Below are positions 12,913 to 25,554 of a stretch of DNA of 64,000 bases, piece by piece. Where the stretch lies: positions 26,412,001 through 26,476,000 of the forward strand of contig NC_073390.1 of NCBI RefSeq assembly GCF_028641065.1. Direction: 5' to 3'. The position numbers and the translations under genes were made by a program. The stretch is from Leucoraja erinacea. Lineage: Eukaryota. The notes below the pieces were generated by a model. That model was given only the letters and a program-made list of their open reading frames with translations. It did no database searches and was not told where the DNA came from. Positions within the stretch are counted from its first letter, which is position 1. The number at the start of each line of letters is the position of its first letter.

Positions 12913-13598
12913 AGCCCCTGTCCCACTTGCGTGTCCTTGGCACGCTAATTACACGACCTCGTCGTCGCATTGAGGCGCGACGGTCCCGCGAAGGTCTTCA
13001 TGCGCCCGCACAGCCGTCTGGAGCGCATGACGTCATTTGATGATGGACACAAAATGCTGGAGTAACTCAGTGGGACCGGCAGCATCTCTGGAGAGAAGCA
13101 ATGGGTGATGTTTCGGGTCGAGACCCATCTTCAGTCTGGAAGAAGGGTCTTGACCCAAAACGTCATCCATTCTTTCTCTTCAGAGATGCTACCGGTCCCA
13201 CTGAGTTACTCCTGCATTTTGTGTCTATCTTCAATTTTCTTGGCCCCGGTCTGGGAGTAGAAGTGGGGGCGGACTGGATCCGCAACGGCCGAGAGCCCCA
13301 GGCCGAGTTCGACGATTGTTTGCCTGCTTCTGCTGCTGTTGGAGGTGAGACGTTGCGTCGTGCCAGGGTCTTGGGCCTGTCCCATTTTGGCCGTCAGTTA
13401 CGCAACAGGCCGGTGGCGCACAAAGATTTTGTTCGGTCCAAAATCCCGGAGCGCCACGGTATACCACGCACAACTCCATACCCCTCCGCGCTTCTCAGTG
13501 GGACCGGCCCCGTGCGGCCACACGATGCCCGTGCGCCTGAATGCGACGACGAGGTCACGTAATTTGCGTGCCAAGGACATGTAAGTGGGACAGGGCCT
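12913..13598. mobile_element. PIF/Harbinger-type MITE, composite
   Basis: TIRs AGCCCCTGTCCCACTT / AAGTGGGACAGGGCCT extending into ~60-bp imperfect inverted arms; flanked by TAA and TTA within CAC-TWA-GTG. Confidence 0.8.
13043..13232. mobile_element. Palindromic Penelope-like terminal repeat pair with hammerhead-like cores
   Basis: GACACAAAATGCTGGAGTAACTCAGTGGGACCGG ... CCGGTCCCACTGAGTTACTCCTGCATTTTGTGTC; minus strand reads CTGAAGA-T-GGGTC-TC-GACCC-GAAAC-ATC. Confidence 0.75.
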
Positions 13599-13683
13599 TT
13601 AGTGTGTGGCTGGAGAATCATGTATATATAGGTCAGAACTGAACAAAGACATGGTCTTTCCTGTCAGAACATTAGTGAACCAC

Positions 13684-14004
13684 GGCAAGGTGGCGCAGCG
13701 GTAGAGTTGCTGCCTTACAGCTCTTTCAGCACCAGGTCGTGATTCTATCCCGGCTACGGGGGCTGTCTGTATGGAGTCTGTATGTTCTCCCCGTGACTGT
13801 GTGTTTTCTCCGAGATCTTCGGTTTCCTCCTACACTCCAGAGAAGTACAGGTTTGTAGGTTAATTGGCTTGGCATAAATGTAAATTATCCCTAGTACATG
13901 TAGGGTAGTGTTAATGTGCAGGGATCGCAGGTCAGTGCGGACTCGGTGGGCCGAAGGGCCTGTTTCCGCGCTGTATCTCTAAACTCATCTAATCTAAACT
14001 AAAC
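13684..14004 (+). mobile_element. tRNA-derived SINE, HE1/V-SINE-like, near full length
   Basis: GGTGGCGCAGCGGTAGAGTTGCTGCC head; CR1-type tail GGGCCGAAGGGCCTGTTTCCGCGCTGTATCTCTAAAC. Confidence 0.85.
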
Positions 14005-14438
14005 CAGTTCATGAAATTCCTTCATGTTCCCTATTATCCCTGATAAGTAGATTTAAAATGCCACCTGTTGTGCGGGAATTGAACTTTGTTTCCAAATCAT
14101 CAGTGTGGTAATTTAACAGGCTAAGATGCCACACCCTGGTCTCAACCTATGGTTAATCACTTAATCCCCATTCACAATTTCACCTTGGATGTCCAAATCC
14201 TTGCCATTTAATGTGAAAATTGGCATCTGTCACTAAAATAAAACCCAGATTAGTGATCCAGATTGAAGCCGATCGAAGATTGTAGAGTGTTGGTTCCACC
14301 CCTGATTGTCAAAGACTTCCAGGTAACTCAGCTTATCAGAGCGAGCTAAGCGGTGCCGTGGGTACGTTTCATCAACAGAACTGCAACCTCACTGGATTGA
14401 CATTCAATGGTTAACCAGTTGTCTTCTTTGTCTTTCAG

Positions 14439-14503
14439 AGACCCTGTTGGACACTCGAATAGCCACGGCTGAACTGGGTTGGACAGCATTTCCTTCTACT
14501 GGG
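14439..14503 (+). CDS. ephb1: Exon 2 of an EphB receptor tyrosine kinase (start of ephrin-binding domain), most similar to EPHB1
   Basis: Acceptor GTCTTCTTTGTCTTTCAG with TTAAC branch-like motif upstream, donor GGG|GTAAGA; 65 bp, phase 1 in, phase 0 out; translates (E)TLLDTRIATAELGWTAFPSTG vs recalled EPHB1 ETLMDTRTATAELGWTANPASG. Exon identity is strong; paralogue assignment is less certain. Confidence 0.85.
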
Positions 14504-15894
14504 GTAAGAACAATCCAGACCACGGTGTATTTGACAACAATGGTGCATCTTTGTAAGTGGGAGGATGTATGTGGAGATGAGTATTGAATGGGAGCCAGGA
14601 GGACAGACAGCCAGTCATTGATAAGACACTGGAAAACAATTTATAGCCATCTAATTATTTCAAAATTGGCATTCAGTAAAGCATCATTAAAAAGTATTGT
14701 GGTACATCTCCATTTTTGAGCAATATTTGGTTGAACAATGTGATGGTGAGTATTGGGCAGGACATCAAGATATTTTCCTTCAACATAATGCCTGTTTAGT
14801 GCCAAATTGATGACTTTGAACTTAAAACCTCCAATTATGTGTTGCATCCAGTTTTTTGTTGTGGGACAGAGAGCTTATGATCTTATTACTCTAGAACGAA
14901 AAGTTGTTACTGTGCTTTAAGATGATGTTCCCTTGCTTGTTTCCCCTGTAATTCTTAATCTAAATAGTGTTTTAGCATTTCAGTACAGTCAGATCACTAT
15001 GCTCATGAGAATATAAGTGATATGTTTATGGTTTGTACCACTAATTTAGCACCATTAATCCCAAGAGCATTGTGGTGAAAGCAAGTTGTGCTTCCTCCAA
15101 GTCCAACATCTCCTCCTCGAGGAGAACTGAGCAAACAAGCAACAGCTCTGCTCTGCTCTGAGCTGTGCTGCTTACCCTGCAGAGAAAACAGAAGGGGGAG
15201 CAGAATATTCACTTTCCTTTGATATAATTGGTGCAAGGATGCTGCCAAAGAACTGAAAAGATAGAACTACTTGAATATCTTCAAACCTATCATTAAATCG
15301 GTGCACTTCACTAGATGTGAAAACAGTATTTATCTTTATTCTTCATTCTAACAAAGCATCATGTTTGGAATTCCGTCTCAGCAGAGCCTTATGGAAACCC
15401 TGCACCTGGCAAATATTATCCGTGTAATTGGCGGGGAGATGGTAAAGGACCATGTCTGTTGCATTGCCCAGATCGGATAAAAAGATGCAACCTTCAGCAT
15501 AGACAACATCAAGGTGTAACACTGTTATCCTCTATTCGACTGTGTTTGGATATATTTTACAAAGTGATCTCTGTGGATATTGCAACAACTATGGGACTCT
15601 TTCCTTAATTTGGCAACTGATATTGCCAGCTTTGGCACGGAGGTCCCACTCATTGTCTCACTGCGGAAACATCAAATCAAAGCGATCACTTCAGAGCAGT
15701 ACCATGGGATTGCAGCAGTGTCTCTGACATTGTTTTGGAGATGTTAAACTGACGTTTGTCTACTCTATACAGTTAATGGTTTTAATTATTTATTTGCACA
15801 GTCTTGCACTGTACTTGAAGCTTAAGAATCACTGGAGTCGGAGATTGTATGGATTGATGATTAATAAATCACCATTAAAAATGTATGATGGTAA

Positions 15895-16232
15895 TTAGTA
15901 AACAAATAGTTTGAAGAAACAGCATGGAAACGGGTCCTTTGGCCCACCGAGTCCACATCGACCGTTGATCACCCATTCACCCAGCTCTATGTTATCCCAC
16001 TTTCTCATCCACTCCCTACACACTAGGGGCAAGTTGCAGACAGTAAATGATCTACAAAACCTCATGTCTTTGGGATATGGAAGGAAACATGAGCACCTGG
16101 AAGGAACCCAAGTGGTCACAGGGAGAAGGAGCAAACTCCACATGGACACAGCACCCAAGGTCAGGATCTAACCTGAGTCCCTGGTGTTGTGAGGCAATGA
16201 CTGTACCAACTGGGACACTATACTGCCCTTGT
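15895..16232 (-). mobile_element. tRNA-derived SINE, HE1-like
   Basis: Reverse complement of the SINE family at 13684 (GGAAACGGGTCCTTTGGCCCACCGAGTCC..CCCTACACACTAGGG). Confidence 0.75.
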
Positions 16233-16249
16233 GCCACGGTGCTGATGTA

Positions 16250-18215
16250 AGCGGTATAGGAAATAGCTGGGATAAGTGGCTCATTTTCCAATTGGCAATC
16301 ACTAACTAGTGGGGTGCGACAGTTAGTAGTGGAGCGTTGGCATTTATTAACTATATAAATGAGTTGGATGAAGGGGCTACATATATTGTGGTCATGTTCG
16401 CTGATAAGTGGGTAAGCAAGTTGTGAGAAGGATACAAAGAGCCTACGTAGGTTAAGAGAATAAGCAATATGTTGGCAGATAAAGCAATGACAAAACAAAG
16501 AAGTGAGACTATACTGTTTTGTGATTTTAAAAAAGTGTTTGAGTAATTTGAATATATTTTAATGGAATAATGGAAGTAATTAGGAAGGATAATAATGGAA
16601 TATTTGGCTTTATTGGTTTGGGGGAGCTCTGGAGTAAACCAATAGTAACAGGTTTTGATGCAGCTTTATAGGGTGCTGGTGAAACTGCTCCCATAGTACA
16701 GAGTTCTGATCTCTACATTTAAGGAAAGATGATGTAATAAAAAGGAACTGCAGATGCTGGTTTATACTAAAGACACAAAATGATAAAATAAATCAGCGGG
16801 CCAGGCAACATCGCTGGAGAATATGGATATAGTGCCTTTAGATCGGAACCCTTCAGATCTTGAAATCCTTTAAAGGAGGATTTATTTGTCTTGGAGGCAG
16901 TGCAGTGAAGGTTCGCTTGAATGATTCTTGGATTAAGCATTGACAGATGCGGAAAGATGGAGCAGATTGGACCTGTACTCATTAGCACCAGTGATCCACC
17001 CTGAGGAACAGTGCTGGGACCTCTATGATTAGATATAAATAATTTGGATGAAAATGTAGATGGGCTGATTTGTATGTTTGCATATGTGTATTCGAGTAAT
17101 AAAACATTGAAGTTGTAGATAGTGAGGAAGGTTGTCAAATGATATATCTAGTGGATCTAGTGGAGCTAATAGCTAGTGGAGTTTAAACTGGACAAATGTA
17201 AGATGTTGCACTTGAGAATTCATGTGTAAGAGGAAAATATACAGTGAATGACAGGATCCATACCAGTGCCGAGAGATGTTAGGGTGCACATTCATTGTTC
17301 CCTTTTAGTGACAACACAAGCAGATAGGGTGGTAAACAAACCATGCAGCATATTTGCCTTCATTGGTTAGGGTGTTGAGTATTAATGTAAGGAAATCACG
17401 TTGCAGCTGTATTCATTAGACTGCATTTGGAGTATTGTGTGCAGTTCAGATCACCACATTGCAGGAAGGATATGGGTGCATTGGAGAGGATTCAGGAGAG
17501 GTTCACCGGGATTATGCATGGATTAGCAAAGTACTATCTGTAAGGAAAGGGTGGACAAGCTAGGATTGTTTTCTCTCGAGCATCAGAGGCTGAGAGAAGT
17601 ATATAAGTATATTAGAAGTATATTAAATTACGAGAGTAGATAGTAATTTTTCCAGAGGTGAAAATGTCAAATATGAGAGGGCTAGCTTTTAGGTGAGAGG
17701 GGATTTAAAAAAAAAATGTAAGGCATGTTTTTTTACAGAGTGATAGATGCCTGGCTTGCACTGCCATGGGAAGAGGTGGGAAAAGATGAAAGCAACATAT
17801 AAGTATTAAAACATCTGGACAGGGTAGGATATAGGCCACATGCTGGCAGATGTGCAGTTTCCATTCACATCATGTTTAGCATAGACCTGGTGAGCTGAAG
17901 GGTCTGTGTCTGTGCTATACAGTTCCATGTTCTGTCCTGTATGTTTGGATTAATGAAAGGAGATCTTTTTTGAAACATTTAGGGTGGAGAGGAGAAGGAA
18001 TCTCTTCTCTCAAAGGGTTGTAAATCTTTGCCATTCTCTGCCTGTGGGGGTGAATCTGTGAATATATTCAAAGTGGAGATTTACAGACGTTTGAACCGTG
18101 TGAGTCTTGGGGTAAAGGGAGAGCACAAGAAAGGCCAAGATTGAATCAGCCGTGATCTTACACAAGATAATGCAGTTTGAGGTTGTTTGGCCTCTCCTGC
18201 TCATGTTTCTTGTGT
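16250..18215 (+). mobile_element. Mosaic of old CR1 fragments with a Penelope terminus at ~16740-16860
   Basis: Degenerate CR1 RT motifs (GGAGTATTGTGTGCAGTTC, GGACAAATGTAAGATGTTGCAC) and two 3' tails. Confidence 0.65.
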
Positions 18216-19359
18216 TCTGATGTGAAAGATTTTCAATGACTATTAAGCATTTTGGAACATTCCAACAGAAGAACATTCCAACAGAAGTTCTTGCTCTCCC
18301 ATTATTGACAAATAAAATGATCTTGCTCCAGGGATTAAAAAAAAAGAGGTACATGGATATGAAGAGCTGTCAGTAGTTTAGCAATATGTGACAGATGGCA
18401 AGGAGAAGGGAGAGGTGTAGCAGAGAGAAAGGAGAACCAAACAAAGGGAGACGGTGACTAAGAACTCGGTAATAAGAGGCTGAGTGAGAGACCCAATAGT
18501 GGAAACTAGATTAGTGAATACAAGAATTGCAGAGTGACCAAAAAGCTAACAAAAATCTGGAAGACTGATCAAGGCTAATGGAAACTTGTGGGCATCCTTA
18601 GTAGGTCAGGTAGCATTTGTGGGGACAGTTAATGTTTCAGATTGATGGTCTTTCTTCTCAATGATGATTCAGGGACAAACGTAAAGGAAAAGGAGGACAG
18701 AGGAATAGCAGAGGAAAGCCTGGAATCTGCAGGGAAATGCCTGGGAACTACAGGCCAATGAGTTTAATATCTGCGGTCAGAAAGGATACTGAGGGATAAG
18801 ATATCCATGCAGTTAGATGGACAGAGGCTGGTTAGGGATAGTCAGTAGGATTTTCTACATAGGAGATCATGTCTCACAAATGTTATTGTTTTTTTAAGAT
18901 GTGGCCAAAAAGGTTGATGGCGGCAGAGCTTTAGACCTATCTGGATTTCACCAAGACATTTGACCATGGTTGGCTGCTCTGGAAGATGAGATTGCATAGA
19001 ATCCAAGGAGAGATAGTTTAGGAGTGCAGGAGGATGAGGGATGATTTTATAATTGTACAAGGTCATGAGAGGAATAGGAGCATGCTGAGGGGCCCTGATG
19101 ATTATCACAGATTTTTCAACATGGAGCCTGGAGTTTTGGTGATGTGTTCTGACAACCCTGTGTAATTGTATGCGAATGATGTTTCTGACCCTCTGATTCT
19201 GGAATCGAAGACTGGTATCTACCACCGCTGCTGGAAATGTACTTGTGGGGCTGCCCGTTGCCATCTGCACAAGTGTGGGTGAAGTGTCGGCGAAGTCCTC
19301 TCGTGGCAGGACCACTGTCTGGTGTAATTTACCAGCCTACAGAGGAGATACAAGGGCGA

Positions 19360-19870
19360 TTTTGGATTGCAAGCTAATGATTAATTTTAGATTGATATGT
19401 TACTGACAGAAAGTAAACCACTTTGCTAGATGGGTTTGTGGTTGTGTCGTTTTAGAGGACGGGATTTAAAAGCATTAGTGACACACCTTTTCGAGGTGAC
19501 ATTTTAACATATTGCATTAACAGCTTGGAGATGTTCAGCCTACCAATAGACCGGTCTCCAATTGTCGATTTTCTCCTCACACAGACACATTATTAAAGTT
19601 ACTACTCAATGCACATATCTGCAGAGCAGTAAATGATAGAAAACATCACCTCAAATACTTTAACAGTCTCCACATGGCAGCTAGTTGTGCTGCTCTTTCT
19701 GTGGTTTGCAATTAATCTTACTGATGTTCAATAGCAAGCAGAGGGAAAATTGTCTAACCAGCCTTGTTAATTTAAAGAAGAAAGTGCAAAAGCTTGTTAT
19801 TTACAACACGTCATCAGAGCATTCAAGAGTTCTTCATGGCTGACTGATTAATTTTTGAACGTAGACCCAA
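19360..19870. promoter_or_regulatory. Candidate conserved non-coding element
   Basis: No recognisable repeat; TAATGATTAAT, TGACAG, CAATTAAT, TGATTAAT motifs. Composition-based only. Confidence 0.35.
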
Positions 19871-22800
19871 GCTGTTAATGGGCAAGCGTGGAATTACGGA
19901 ACAGCTTTGGCATAGAAGGAAGTCCTTCAGCCCATCAGTGTACGTTTCGCGAGGTCTGACAAACAGGAGTGAGACAAATGAGCAGACACCCTGGCATGGG
20001 GAATGCTGTTCAAGAGATGGATATTGACCAGGACTCCTGAGAAAAGGATTGTGGTCATCTTCCATTGGTTGCCATGGGATATTTAAATACATCTGCTGGG
20101 GATGTGCAGTTCAATGTTTCATCGGAAAATTGATCAAGATGCAGTATTTGCCCATTTCTATCTTGGGTCCATCCACCAACTCAATCAAGCAGACATTAAA
20201 TGTATTTTCAATCACCAGATCTTGCTTTCTGTTACATTCTGCTACGCCTGACTAAGTATTGGTTGTTTTATTACTCTGCAGTCTTCCAGATGTAATCCTG
20301 TGGGTGGGCTGCTATTCTGTAGGCCTCATCTCCTCTGCATCTTAAGATTTACATCAGGCCAGTGTCTTTCAGTCTTTGGCTTGTGGCCCGAGAGTGAGAC
20401 GGGGAAAATGGATTGCAGCTGAAAACACACAGCTCGCCCTTAAATAGGTTCCCAAGTGTTCCATGCCAGGCATAGAATCTTTTCTATGTTTTATCTGATA
20501 GATGGTGATTGTCTGCAGTGCAGTTAGATGATTTCCTTCACTTTTGATAGTCATTGCTCCTTCTTGCAGAGTGGAAGCAATTTTATGCTCTCCTGGCTTC
20601 CAATATGAATCCAGTTCAGCGTCATGAACTTAGCAATTCTTTTAGTTTGGATGAGAGGTACATCGTCTAGTTAGCGTTATATTTTCTTGCATGCTAACCA
20701 TCCTACTATTAGAAACATCTGGTTTTCTGTGGCCTATTAATATGTAATTCAGTTTAAACATAATGCGTCAGCCAAAGCTGGCTTGTATCCATCTAATTGA
20801 AGGTCAACTTCGGACCAATGCAAAGAACCTACCTCTTGAATAAATCTCTCCCAAAAATTCGAAGCAACTTGTCAAGCTCAGTGCTTCGTACTCTAAGAGG
20901 TGTTATTCCAACTGTCTGTACCAATAAATCGATTAATTTGGGGCCAAATTACTTGTGTATTTTAAACTGCTTACAGTGTCACAACTGGCCAACATTTTTT
21001 TTCACAAGGGTCTGAGTTCAAAAATATGTTGAGAAGCACTGTTCCCGAGTGCGAGAGTCAGCAAGTCTTTCATGCTAACGCTATCTGGCCCTTTATTGAC
21101 CTCTGCACATGTTCTCAGCTGGCTGGCATTATTGGGTTGTAATTAGGAGCAGGGTCCCTGGCCAATTCCTCTCCACACCGTGGAGCTGTTTTATAAGCAT
21201 GCTTCGCTGCCTTGTCTACCTCCAGTCCATTGTTCACGACAAGACAATACTGCCAATGTACTGCACAAATGGGTACCAACTGACTGAAAGGAGAAGGACT
21301 GTTCGTGAAGACATAATGAAAGCTTGAATTGCAAAGCAATTTGAGATGAATGATTAGGTGCTCTTTGGCCTCTCCCTTTTTTCATACCAAATCCCTCTCA
21401 CGTGCTTCTTCCATTTACCACATTCTTTGGAATTCATCCCCCCCTACTTTCACACAATCAAGAAGTGTTACAAGCGGTGGCAGGGAGAGAGACACAGAGC
21501 CATGCTGAGTTAACTAACAGATTTTATACGCCGTGTAAGGACCTTTAACCTGCTTGTCAGTGGGCAAACAGTGACAGAAGATAATTGAAGGCTTACTTTA
21601 ACCTTGATGGCTTTGAAAGGTAATGGGAGGGCCTGGTGGAAGCTTTAAGGCAGTTATGAATCTTGTAATACCTGGCTTAATCCAGCCTAAACTCTATGAA
21701 AGGCCGTGTCCTTTCATATCTCATCAGGATGCAATTAGTGGTGCCGTTTGTTTTAAATGCATGTGAATTCCTTAGTCCCGTATTATCCCCATCCATACAG
21801 GGTATTTCTGGTCAGATTCATGAAGTCACAGCCACCTGGAAACAGGTCTCAGTGATTCAGACAGATGAGGTTAGTCCTTTTCAATTGGATTAATAGCAAA
21901 GATTATGAGATTCAACTGGAAGCTTTGTTTTTGCAGCAAAATAAACTACCATGTGGTAATTTGACCTCTGTTATTACATACCATAACTCCTTGATGTTGG
22001 TGCATACTTGTTGAAGCATAACCATGGTCCACATAAGCTCCGTTACCTATTCAGGGTTCTGACCAGCCTAGGAATCTATTTGTATTGTAATATAATGGTA
22101 CTGGTCTATTGAATATTTGTATTTGACTACAACACTGGCTGAGTGGATGAAGTTAAGTGGATGAATAAAGTCTTTATTCATAATCTAAATGAAGTTGTGA
22201 CTGAGGGGCAGGAAGGAAGACAATGAAAGCAGGGAGTGGCAACGAGGCTTAACTTTGTGGTGTTGGAAACGTCTGTGGGTGTAGGGGTAAATAAAGGGTG
22301 TGCCCATAGGATGTGTCTGTTAAAGGACAAGTCCCACAGGTTGTGAGGGTGTTGGGTTAGTTGGAGGGTGTGTTACACACTGTGTGGGTGTAGGGGTGGC
22401 AGGGTGTATTTACAGACTGTGTGGGTGTAGGGGTGGGCGGAGGATGTACCTGCTGTTGTTTGAATATCAGATCCATTCTTTGGGCAGCTCTAAACTTCCT
22501 TCCAGGATCCTATCCTGACTGTCCTTTTCTTGCCACTGTCGGTCATTCACCTTTGGCACCCACACCTTAATTATATTAACAAGCTCCCTGCGCAATTCCT
22601 CTTAAGCTCAATTTAACAAACATCTCCTCAAACCGCTTAACCTGCATCATTCCACATTTCTCCTGAGAAACATCTTAACCCTGAAGGAGTGGCTTGAAGT
22701 TTATGAACCTATGTTGTCTGCGTCCCAGCTTCCAGAATCTTACAGTCCTGGTCATTTGCACAGACTGCTGTTTTTTGGATCCCGCTGCTTATAGTTCAGG

Positions 22801-23271
22801 ATAGAACTGGGGAAAATGCCGTCTTTCCCAAAGAAACATTAAAACACACACGTATCTGCCTGGCTAGATGATTTGGAATGATCCTGAGGCTGTCTGTGAG
22901 GAAATACTAGACTCTCCGGGTGTCTGGCCAACCCGCAATCGACATCCAGTGCACAGCTTGTCTGACGCTGGTCTTGCTGTTGTTCAGGGGACTTTGGCAC
23001 ACACAATTCAAACAATAATGAGACTTGCAAACAGTGCTTCATTTACTGTGGGAGGTGTTAGGATTTTGGAGTGTGAGAGGTTGTTTCCCTATGTTGACCT
23101 TTCTTCATGGGTAACAGAACAGGAGGATGGACCATGGCCACAGTTTCCCCGGTGGGCCATCATTATCAAAACTCACAATTTTCTCTGCCAGATTGTTCTT
23201 CCCAAAGTCACTGAAAATGCAAATTGTGTCATCCCAAATTTGAAAAGTTGTTCTTCATTCAGGACCGACAC

Positions 23272-23425
23272 AATAGCATAGCTGATAGAGTTCTGTCTCG
23301 CAGTGCCAGCGACATAGGTTCGATCCTGACCTCAGGTGCTGATTGTGCGGAGTTTTCACATTTTCCCTGTGACCGTCTCATTTTCCCCCAGGTTCCAGTT
23401 TCCTCATGCACTCCAAAGACGTGCA
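23272..23425 (+). mobile_element. 5' half of HE1-like SINE
   Basis: B-box GGTTCGATCC followed by the central domain. Confidence 0.65.
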
Positions 23426-23844
23426 ATGAGAATAAATGCTGCTATAAGTTAGTCCTTGTTAATTAGTACTTCAATAGCCATCCCAAATGTCAGATTATTC
23501 TATTTGCCAGCATTTCAACCATACTTCTTGAACTTCCAATCTACCCGTGTTGAAGTCATTTCATTTTTTTTTAATCTGCACTTTTGTAACTGTAATATTC
23601 TGCATGGTATTAGCTCTTTAGTTCCTCCAAATCATGAGATTAATCATATTCAATTGTTGTTTTTCGCAAGCTAGCTTTTACTCCTATTGTTTATGGCAAT
23701 TATTAGTCAATGTTTTTCCTCTTATAATGTGTCTGAGATTCAAGGAGTAGGAATCAATAAAAGAGAAAAGAGCCGGTTCCGACCATGACAGCAGTTTATT
23801 CAGCTCAATGCAACTCAACGCAGACTATTTTCTGTACCGTTTCT

Positions 23845-23913
23845 CTATATCTCTTATCCCTTTGCCTTCTTTTCATCTCTGGCCTTTGTCCACCCATCTG
23901 CCAAAGAACTCGC

Positions 23914-23944
<31 letters not shown>

Positions 23945-24112
23945 ACCAATAACCACCTGCCTGGCCTTGTCTTGCCCCGCCTCTCTTCTAGCTTTCTCCC
24001 TCCAACTCCACCCTGACCCGAAACATGCCTTTCCATGTCTGCCAGAGATGCTGCCTGACCCGTTGAGTTACTCCAGCACTTTGTGCCGTTTTTTTTGCTT
24101 ACCAGAATCTGA
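23845..24112 (+). mobile_element. Penelope-like 3' terminal fragment with poly-C tract
   Basis: CATCTCTGGCCTTTGTCC..GACCCGAAAC..GAGATGCTGCCTGACCCGTTGAGTTACTCCAGCAC. Confidence 0.7.
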
Positions 24113-24380
24113 ACTTTCTTGTGTCTAGAAGATAGATTAGTTGGGTCAAACGGGTTATTTATGTGTACAGTAACCTCCACTGAACCAGAACAGCCCTTCT
24201 GTTTTCCAGACTGTGCTTCCTTATGAAGACTGAACATTACATTCCTGATTGTGGTGTGGTTTACTTTTGACTATGTGACAGACATTTGAGACTGAAGACC
24301 TGTTCTTGTCCACTTTGACTGGGTTTACTACAGCGAATACCTCAAGGCGTGGGGGGGTGGGGGGGGGGGGGGGTCTGGAA

Positions 24381-24529
24381 NNNNNNNNNNNNNNNNNNNN
24401 NNNNNNNNNNNNNNNNNNNNNNNNNNNNNNNNNNNNNNNNNNNNNNNNNNNNNNNNNNNNNNNNNNNNNNNNNNNNNNNNNNNNNNNNNNNNNNNNNNNN
24501 NNNNNNNNNNNNNNNNNNNNNNNNNNNNN
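24381..24529. other. Assembly gap
   Basis: Run of N flanked by poly-G. Confidence 1.
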
Positions 24530-25067
24530 GGGGGACAGGGCAGGCAGGGGAGCACTTTCTGCGTCAAATTCACACAGTGCAAAGCCAAGGTGATACAGGC
24601 ACACACCGCGATGAATACGAAGGTTCGCACTGTAATTAACACGGCTAAAGCACAGTGTACGGTAAGACCTTTAAAAGAAGGGAGGAGAGGGGGGAGAGGG
24701 GGGAGAAGCAGTGGAGCCAACTTTCAAGAAGCCAGAGATACACAGCTGTGAAGCTCGGCGAACATTTAACATTACCGGTCGGTTATCCTTGGTTCTGAAA
24801 GCTACTGCTTATGTTTTCTTTCTCCCAATGAGCCAATTAAATTCCTTCGACCATTGGCGACCCACCTACGGCACAAGAATTTTCGCTATTCTCCATGGTG
24901 GCCTCATTCTAGTTGCCGCTAATTTTTCAACATGTTCCAGAATGTGGGAACTCCTCATGACCATGAAGGCGATGGCCAGGCAGCCACCTACGAACATGTG
25001 GCGACCATGTGGCGACTGCATAGTCTCCTACAGTCGCCTAAAATGTCGCCTAAGCGGGACAGGCCCA
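24530..25067. mobile_element. Right part of Harbinger-like non-autonomous DNA transposon
   Basis: Ends TCGCCTAAGCGGGACAGGCCCA followed by TTA; TIR related to 12913-13598; left end not seen. Confidence 0.6.
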
Positions 25068-25254
25068 TTACAATGTTTCTCTGCGATGATGTAGTTTATG
25101 CAATGTCTTGAAGCAAGTTGGATCATCGTTACACAGAAATCCAGCATGGAACATGATATGAGCCTCCGCATTATCTAACACAGAGAGGCAGGAAATTTGA
25201 TTATACTGTCTGCCGAAAAAGTATTTTCTTTCGTAACCAGTCAGTGCCAAGATA

Positions 25255-25543
25255 TTATTCATGGTCCTTCGGTAAACACTCGTGTCCCTGAGTTCCAAAG
25301 TTATGGGTGCCGCCTGTATGGAGTTTCTACATTCTGCCCATGACCGCACGGGCTTTCACCAAAATATTCGGTTTCCTCCCACACTCTAAAGACGTACTGG
25401 TTTGTAGGTTACATGGCTACTTGGTATGTGAAAATTGTCCCTAGTGTGTGTAGATAGTGTTAGTGTGCGGGGATTGCTGGTTGGTATGGACACGGTGGGC
25501 CGAAGGGCCTGTTTCCACGCTTTATCTCTAAACTGAACTAAAC
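25255..25543 (+). mobile_element. HE1-like SINE
   Basis: Central domain plus GGGCCGAAGGGCCTGTTTCCACGC..CTAAACTGAACTAAA tail. Confidence 0.75.
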
Positions 25544-25554
25544 ACTATAGAAAT

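Noticed and set aside
13101-13621. Cluster of ORFs up to 153 aa
   Set aside because: Arise from the GC-rich MITE and Penelope palindrome; no transposase motifs
13684-13760. tRNA gene (also other SINE heads)
   Set aside because: tRNA-like head continues into the SINE body and LINE-derived tail; no intact cloverleaf
18842-19315. 157-aa ORF
   Set aside because: Partly antisense to CR1 debris; remainder has no recognisable motif or convincing splice sites
22270-22440. Spaced repeats CTGTGTGGGTGTAGGGGT resembling a repeat-spacer array
   Set aside because: Three or four degenerate minisatellite units in vertebrate DNA; not CRISPR
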